This document shows, piece after piece, positions 15,656 through 20,000 of a stretch of DNA of 20,000 bases; the stretch's first letter is position 1; each line of letters starts with the position of its first letter. A program made the position numbers and the translations under genes. Under the pieces are notes generated by a model. The model searched no databases. It saw only the letters and a list, made by a program, of their open reading frames with translations, and was not told the DNA's origin. Origin of the DNA: an uncultured virus (IMG/VR IMGVR_UViG_3300032167_000116) (Duplodnaviria; Heunggongvirae; Uroviricota; Caudoviricetes); IMG/VR virus record IMGVR_UViG_3300032167_000116, positions 45,785 to 65,784 of that record, one strand, 5' to 3'.

Positions 15656-15979
15656 TCATCCCCTTGCGTATTCCCGGAAGACTTCTTCATTCAAAAGCCT
15701 TTGTCCTTCAACAGTGCTACTTCCACACAGTTCCGGATGCTCTGCCTGAAGCTTCTGTCGTGTTCTTCTGATCGTTTCCGTTGATGGGAACCCATATTCC
15801 TTCATGTGAAGAAAGAATGTCGGCATCGACATGGAATCTATATCAATACCATTCTTCTTTCCTACAATCTTATAAACCATATAACACAAATAATTGTCAC
15901 TGCTTCTTGCCATCGGCTGTTCCGTCAGGACTTCAAGAACAATGTCCTGTGTTGTTTTCAATTCATTCAGTTTTCCCAT
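15656..15979 (-). CDS. Hypothetical protein, possibly DNA-binding
   Basis: 107 aa; RBS GGAAGGAG; PSTETIRRTRQKLQ helix. Confidence 0.7.
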   Translation of the reverse strand: MGKLNELKTTQDIVLEVLTEQPMARSSDNYLCYMVYKIVGKKNGIDIDSMSMPTFFLHMKEYGFPSTETIRRTRQKLQAEHPELCGSSTVEGQRLLNEEVFREYARG

Positions 15980-15994
15980 TGCAAATACTCCTTC

Positions 15995-16402
15995 CTAAAT
16001 CTCTTTGATTTGGATCCCATGCACATGCAGCATCAGTTTCCTTTTAAGAACAAAATATGCATAACCTGCTGTTGATGGATTTCTATAACCCTTTGTGTCT
16101 TCAACCACTGTCTTTCCATCTTGCTGATAAACAAAATCAGCTATGTACGAACATTCTTTTTCAATGCATCTTTGGCCATCCTTCAGCCTTTTCCCTGTCT
16201 TTGAATATCTTTCAATGACTTCATACTGTGAAGGGATCAGAACATATTTGACTTGCCTTTGCAGGCCTTGGATTGCCCCTGCTTTTTCAAGCAAGGACAA
16301 TTCCTGAAACCTTTTTGCTTCCTTCTTGGAATCAAAGACAATGCCATCAATTTCAACCTTCTTGCTGCCATATTTGTTGCCACTGTATCTTTTCCAAGCC
16401 AT
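15995..16402 (-). CDS. DUF1064-family PD-(D/E)xK nuclease
   Basis: NKYGSKKVEIDGIVFDSKKEA and YIADFVY...VVEDTKG motifs. Confidence 0.85.
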   Translation of the reverse strand: MAWKRYSGNKYGSKKVEIDGIVFDSKKEAKRFQELSLLEKAGAIQGLQRQVKYVLIPSQYEVIERYSKTGKRLKDGQRCIEKECSYIADFVYQQDGKTVVEDTKGYRNPSTAGYAYFVLKRKLMLHVHGIQIKEI

Positions 16403-16415
16403 GCTGCACCTACTT

Positions 16416-16739
16416 TCAATCTGTTATTGCTATAGAATCATATACTTCTGATTCACAGCCAACACCATTGATACATATGGAGCATGCTTCAATGCCAAGC
16501 ACAACATAACCTTCCTTGCAAACACCGGGTTCATCAAGAATATAATTGATGTATACAACAGCGCATCTTCCTGTTAACATGTGTTCGCCTTTTCCATTGC
16601 AAGGATGTGGTGTCAGTTCATTCAAACCGATAAAATCACCCACCATGAAATTCCTGTCATTCTTACGGACTTCAAAAGTCTTTTTACCTGACACAACATC
16701 CTCAAAATACTTTGAACCAATTTTCAATTGATGTATCAT
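16416..16739 (-). CDS. ASCH/PUA-like (DUF3850-type) protein
   Basis: HQLKI...FEDVVSGKKTFEVRKNDRNFMVGD...GYVVLGI. Start at ATG 16739. Confidence 0.85.
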   Translation of the reverse strand: MIHQLKIGSKYFEDVVSGKKTFEVRKNDRNFMVGDFIGLNELTPHPCNGKGEHMLTGRCAVVYINYILDEPGVCKEGYVVLGIEACSICINGVGCESEVYDSIAITD

Positions 16740-16756
16740 ACACAATCACCTTCTCC

Positions 16757-17047
16757 CTAGCTGATAACTGCAACACCGCAATCATGATCCTTTTTGTTCG
16801 CAAAATAGCTTTCACCTTCAGGAAGAACCATATATCCTGCATCATAATCAAGCATTGGATTTGGTCTTGGCTTGTTTATGCGGAACAATCCGCTAATATC
16901 TTTTGCAAAGCCACCGCAAGTGTGACGAATCACAAAAGGTGAAGGTTTTTCACCATCTTCAATCCCTTTTTCACACCACATCCTGAATTCTTTTCCGCAC
17001 TTTTCGCATTTATATACCATATATCCATGAACCATAATTTTTCCCAT
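16757..17047 (-). CDS. Hypothetical zinc-finger-like protein
   Basis: YKCEKCG...HTCGG; AGGTG RBS. Confidence 0.7.
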   Translation of the reverse strand: MGKIMVHGYMVYKCEKCGKEFRMWCEKGIEDGEKPSPFVIRHTCGGFAKDISGLFRINKPRPNPMLDYDAGYMVLPEGESYFANKKDHDCGVAVIS

Positions 17048-17062
17048 ACATGCACCTACTTC

Positions 17063-17482
17063 CTAATTGAACGGCAATTCTTCATCAATGCCATCCGGGA
17101 TGTTCATGAACCCATCCTGATCAACCTGTGGTGCAGATGCCGCATTGCTTGCCGATCCACTTCCCTTGCTTTCGCAGAATTCAAAAGTGTTCACCACAAT
17201 CTGTTCCGAATAATGCTTGACACCATCCTTTTCATAGTGGTTATTTCTCACTTCACCTTCAATCAGAAGCTTTGTTCCCTTGCCTACACTGCATTTTTCA
17301 AATGTTTCAGCAATTTTCCCAAATGCCACAAAGCTGAAAAAATCTGCTTCAGGTTGTCCTTCCTGCTTGAATCTTCTGTTACATGCACCGTTAAATCTTG
17401 CAACAGCCTCAGCCTTGCCATCCTGTGAATATTTGATTTCTGCATCAGCAGTCAATCTGATTATGCCTATCCATTTATTCAT
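17063..17482 (-). CDS. ssb: Single-stranded DNA-binding protein
   Basis: RLTADAEIKY, ADFFSFVAFGKIAE, KGTKLLIEG, and an acidic tail GFMNIPDGIDEELPFN. Start at 17482. Confidence 0.95.
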   Translation of the reverse strand: MNKWIGIIRLTADAEIKYSQDGKAEAVARFNGACNRRFKQEGQPEADFFSFVAFGKIAETFEKCSVGKGTKLLIEGEVRNNHYEKDGVKHYSEQIVVNTFEFCESKGSGSASNAASAPQVDQDGFMNIPDGIDEELPFN

Positions 17483-17687
17483 CTTCTTCACCTTCCTTTG
17501 GAGCCAAAACAGCTTCGCCAATATAGTCAAACTGTTCGTTTGTCAATCTTATGTATGCAGTTCCCTTGTATGGAATTTTCATTCCTGCCTGAACCCCCCA
17601 TGATTTGACTTCATCAACAATCAGCAGGCAACCGCACCATTCACCGGAATTTTCGTTTGCCTGAATTACAGAACCAACTTTCACCAT
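17475..17687 (-). CDS. Hypothetical protein (70 aa, beta-rich)
   Basis: Overlaps both neighbours; RBS GGAAGGTGA. Confidence 0.7.
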   Translation of the reverse strand: MVKVGSVIQANENSGEWCGCLLIVDEVKSWGVQAGMKIPYKGTAYIRLTNEQFDYIGEAVLAPKEGEEDE

Positions 17688-18019
17688 CAGATGTCACCTT
17701 CCCTTCTGTGCAGGCTGTGTTCCGCATCAAATCCTTCCGGGAATCTTGCCTTCAGCTTGTCGATGTTCATCTGCATCACTTCTTCAAGGCTCCATCCATG
17801 CGCTGTGCAATATTCGGCCACGAACCAAAGCAGATCACCAACTTCTTTCTTCATGTGTTCTTCGTTGAAATCATGCCCCTGATATAACTTTTGACAAATG
17901 CTGTGGATCTCCCCGACTTCAGCCGACATCCCATGCAATGCATGAAGTTCATTCTGCCATGCCATAAGGTCATGATTGATAGTTCTTGCCGCTAATGCCT
18001 GATATTCGTTTCCGGTCAT
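17687..18019 (-). CDS. MazG-like nucleotide pyrophosphohydrolase
   Basis: NEYQALAART, GMSAEVGEI, KKEVGDLLWF and NIDKLKARFPEGF motifs. Confidence 0.88.
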   Translation of the reverse strand: MTGNEYQALAARTINHDLMAWQNELHALHGMSAEVGEIHSICQKLYQGHDFNEEHMKKEVGDLLWFVAEYCTAHGWSLEEVMQMNIDKLKARFPEGFDAEHSLHRREGDI

Positions 18020-18034
18020 AACGCATCCCCCCTT

Positions 18035-18895
18035 CTAATTGCCGAACAATGCCATCTGTGCATCCGTTACATCTTCAGAAGGTGCTTCCGGAACCGATTC
18101 TTCCTGATCAACTTCAGTCACCTGTGCTTCAATGATGGAATCATCGTTTTCAACATAGGTCTTTGTTCCATCCTCATTGATCACCGTCATGTCACCATCC
18201 ATTGCCATCTGCATTTCAATGGACATGATGCCCCATTTGCTGATCAGCTGACGAAGCATTGTTTTGAAGGCCATTCCATCAAAATCCTTTTCCCAAAAGG
18301 TGAATCCCTTCTTTGCGGCATATCCCTTGGAATACTTCAAGGCATGTGCTTCCATCTTCTTTTTGCTCCAATACATTGCCTTCTTGAATCCGTTGGTATA
18401 TTCGAACATTGCATAATATCCAATGGTTTCTGCCTGCTCTCTTGCTTCTTCATCATCAATCAGCTTCACTTCGATTTCCTCATTCAAAGGATCGAACCGG
18501 ATCAATTCACCTTCCTTGATTGCAAGCACGTTCAATTTCTTGTACTGCCCGGACCGGATTGCAAGCTGAATATATCCCTTATATCCAAGCTGAAACTGTG
18601 CCACCTTTCCCTTGTTCTTGTCATTGAACGGCACCATGTAATACTGCCCCAACTGCGGAGAAGGTGACAGGTTCAAGGACTGTCCAAGAAGTGCAGCCGA
18701 AAGAATTGACTGATTTGTGCATTCCTGAAGTGCAGGATTGTTATTCACTGCGGAAACCACCGCAGAAATGAACTTCGTGCCATCCTTGCCGCCAACGACA
18801 CTGTTGATCTGATTCTTCACTGCATCCGCAGTCAAATATGCTGTGATGCCTAATCTCTGATTCTGCTTTGCTACCAAACTATTATTTACTGCCAT
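18035..18895 (-). CDS. recT: RecT-family single-strand annealing recombinase
   Basis: LNLSPSPQLGQYYMVPF, AQFQLGYKGYIQLAIRSGQY and MAFKTMLRQL motifs. Start at 18895. Confidence 0.93.
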   Translation of the reverse strand: MAVNNSLVAKQNQRLGITAYLTADAVKNQINSVVGGKDGTKFISAVVSAVNNNPALQECTNQSILSAALLGQSLNLSPSPQLGQYYMVPFNDKNKGKVAQFQLGYKGYIQLAIRSGQYKKLNVLAIKEGELIRFDPLNEEIEVKLIDDEEAREQAETIGYYAMFEYTNGFKKAMYWSKKKMEAHALKYSKGYAAKKGFTFWEKDFDGMAFKTMLRQLISKWGIMSIEMQMAMDGDMTVINEDGTKTYVENDDSIIEAQVTEVDQEESVPEAPSEDVTDAQMALFGN

Positions 18896-19024
18896 ATTAT
18901 TCACCTTCCTTATTGTTTTTCTTGTCATTTTTCTTGCCATTGTTATTCGGCATAGCGCAAATTACTATCAACGTAATGCAAATAATTAATACGATCTGTA
19001 CTGAAGTTGCCATATTATTCACCT
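18890..19024. repeat. 17-bp direct repeat AGGTGAATAATATGGCA (minus strand) at 18890-18906 and 19008-19024
   Basis: Exact duplicate covering the RBS, ATG and codon 2 of both recT and the upstream small ORF. Confidence 0.85.
18897..19013 (-). CDS. Small single-pass membrane peptide (38 aa; not in ORF track)
   Basis: MATSVQIVLIICITLIVICAMPNNNGKKNDKKNNKEGE; RBS AGGTGA; hydrophobic helix followed by a basic/Asn-rich tail. Confidence 0.75.
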   Translation of the reverse strand: MATSVQIVLIICITLIVICAMPNNNGKKNDKKNNKEGE

Positions 19025-19032
19025 ATTCCTTT

Positions 19033-19881
19033 CTAAACTGCCTTGAATTCAATGTTTCTGCCGTTGAAGAAGTCCTTCAATGCAAGTGCATCTGCCGTTG
19101 TCATATATGCCTGAAACTTCACCCACTGTCTTGCAGGTTTTGCTTCTTCAGCAATAGCATCAAATGACTGTGAATCAGTGAATCCCACCTGCCCCGGAAT
19201 CTGTTCCGCTTCAGCAGCCTGTGCCTTTGCCTTCTGTTCTTCTTCGATCTTCCGCATTGCTGCTTCTCTTTCAGCCTTCGCCCTTGCTATCTCTGACATC
19301 CTGTGGCCTTCAGCAATGGCCTTGTTCATGTCAAGGGTAGAAATATACACCTGCTGTGCTTCAAAGCCGAATTCAGGCAGCTTTGCAAGCGTGGACATGT
19401 CCTGATTGAACTTCTCAATTGCAGCATCAATTGCTTCATGAATAGATTTCATTGAAACAGTTGCATTCAACCACTTTGAATCGAAGATCTTTTCAAATAC
19501 AAGGCCTTCCGGAACATCACATGAATTCCAAAAGTTCTTGATTTCATCCATCTTGTCCTGCTTCTGCTTTTCCTCATACTCCTTCACCTGTCTGTCAATC
19601 ACCGCAACAGGCCGATCAATAATGCTGATGATCTCATTGATCTTCGCCTTGAAATCGTTGAAAGGCTCCATATACTCCTTTTCCCTGCGGATTCTTTCAT
19701 CATTCAGTGCCTTCTTCAGCTTGTTCAGATTGGCCTTGTCTGCCTTTGCTTCCTTGATCTGTGCATCCGTATAGACCAAAGTTTCATACATGCTGACCTT
19801 TTCTGTCAGTTCCTTCTTCAACTCCTCATAATTGAACAAAATCTGTTCCGGAAGCTGATAATCATTCATTTTTAATTCCAT
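19033..19881 (-). CDS. DUF1351-family protein
   Basis: FNYEELK, KEAKADKANLNKLKKALNDERI and IFDSKWLNAT motifs; located between exonuclease and recT. Confidence 0.8.
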   Translation of the reverse strand: MELKMNDYQLPEQILFNYEELKKELTEKVSMYETLVYTDAQIKEAKADKANLNKLKKALNDERIRREKEYMEPFNDFKAKINEIISIIDRPVAVIDRQVKEYEEKQKQDKMDEIKNFWNSCDVPEGLVFEKIFDSKWLNATVSMKSIHEAIDAAIEKFNQDMSTLAKLPEFGFEAQQVYISTLDMNKAIAEGHRMSEIARAKAEREAAMRKIEEEQKAKAQAAEAEQIPGQVGFTDSQSFDAIAEEAKPARQWVKFQAYMTTADALALKDFFNGRNIEFKAV

Positions 19882-19898
19882 TTCTATATACTCCTTTC

Positions 19899-20000
19899 TT
19901 ATATTCCCGGAAGAATCAGATCAGGCCTTTTCCGGTCCTGAACCTGCTTCCAAAACTTTCTTTCTGAAGATTCCAAAAACTTAATATCTTCTTCAACCTC
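19899..20000 (-). CDS. C-terminal end of a probable YqaJ-like exonuclease (partial)
   Basis: ...EVEEDIKFLESSERKFWKQVQDRKRPDLILPGI*. The FW..V....P ending and position upstream of DUF1351-recT fit YqaJ, but only 33 aa are visible. Confidence 0.6.
   Translation of the reverse strand, partial: EVEEDIKFLESSERKFWKQVQDRKRPDLILPGI

Noticed and set aside
29..19774. Numerous plus-strand ORFs in the track (e.g. 5375..6088, 6281..7087)
   Set aside because: They are antisense shadows of well-supported minus-strand genes and show no recognisable motifs.
1..20000. Stop-codon reassignment, introns/inteins, tRNA genes, integrase or IS elements
   Set aside because: Core genes are intact and of normal length in the standard code, TAA, TAG and TGA all end genes, and no such elements were recognisable by eye.

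Overview
The window is a contiguous segment of a tailed dsDNA phage or prophage of siphovirus type, with SPP1-like head and neck genes. All credible genes lie on the minus strand. The host is probably a Bacillota/Clostridia (Lachnospiraceae-like) bacterium, inferred from strong GGAG/GGTGA ribosome-binding sites and the SSB C-terminal tail. In transcription order (20000 to 1) it carries: a recombination/replication module (YqaJ-like exonuclease end, DUF1351, RecT, MazG-like, SSB, ASCH, DUF1064, initiator with internal iterons); an ArpU/RinA-like late activator; a run of tiny, mostly Cys-rich ORFs; a late promoter with a structured leader; terS, terL, an HExxH protein, portal, MuF/gp7, scaffold and major capsid; neck and tail-completion genes; major tail protein; and tail chaperones with a -1 slippery site. 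The most notable feature is two tandem tape-measure-like genes with near-identical N-termini but apparently unrelated cores; the second is missing from the ORF track and is cut by the window edge. Other notable signals are a prfB-like CCC-UGA-C +1 frameshift candidate at the end of the initiator, a tandem-hairpin RNA leader before the scaffold gene, a 17-bp direct repeat bracketing a 38-aa membrane-peptide gene, and several small ORFs missing from the track. All family assignments come from motif recognition and gene order, not database searches.
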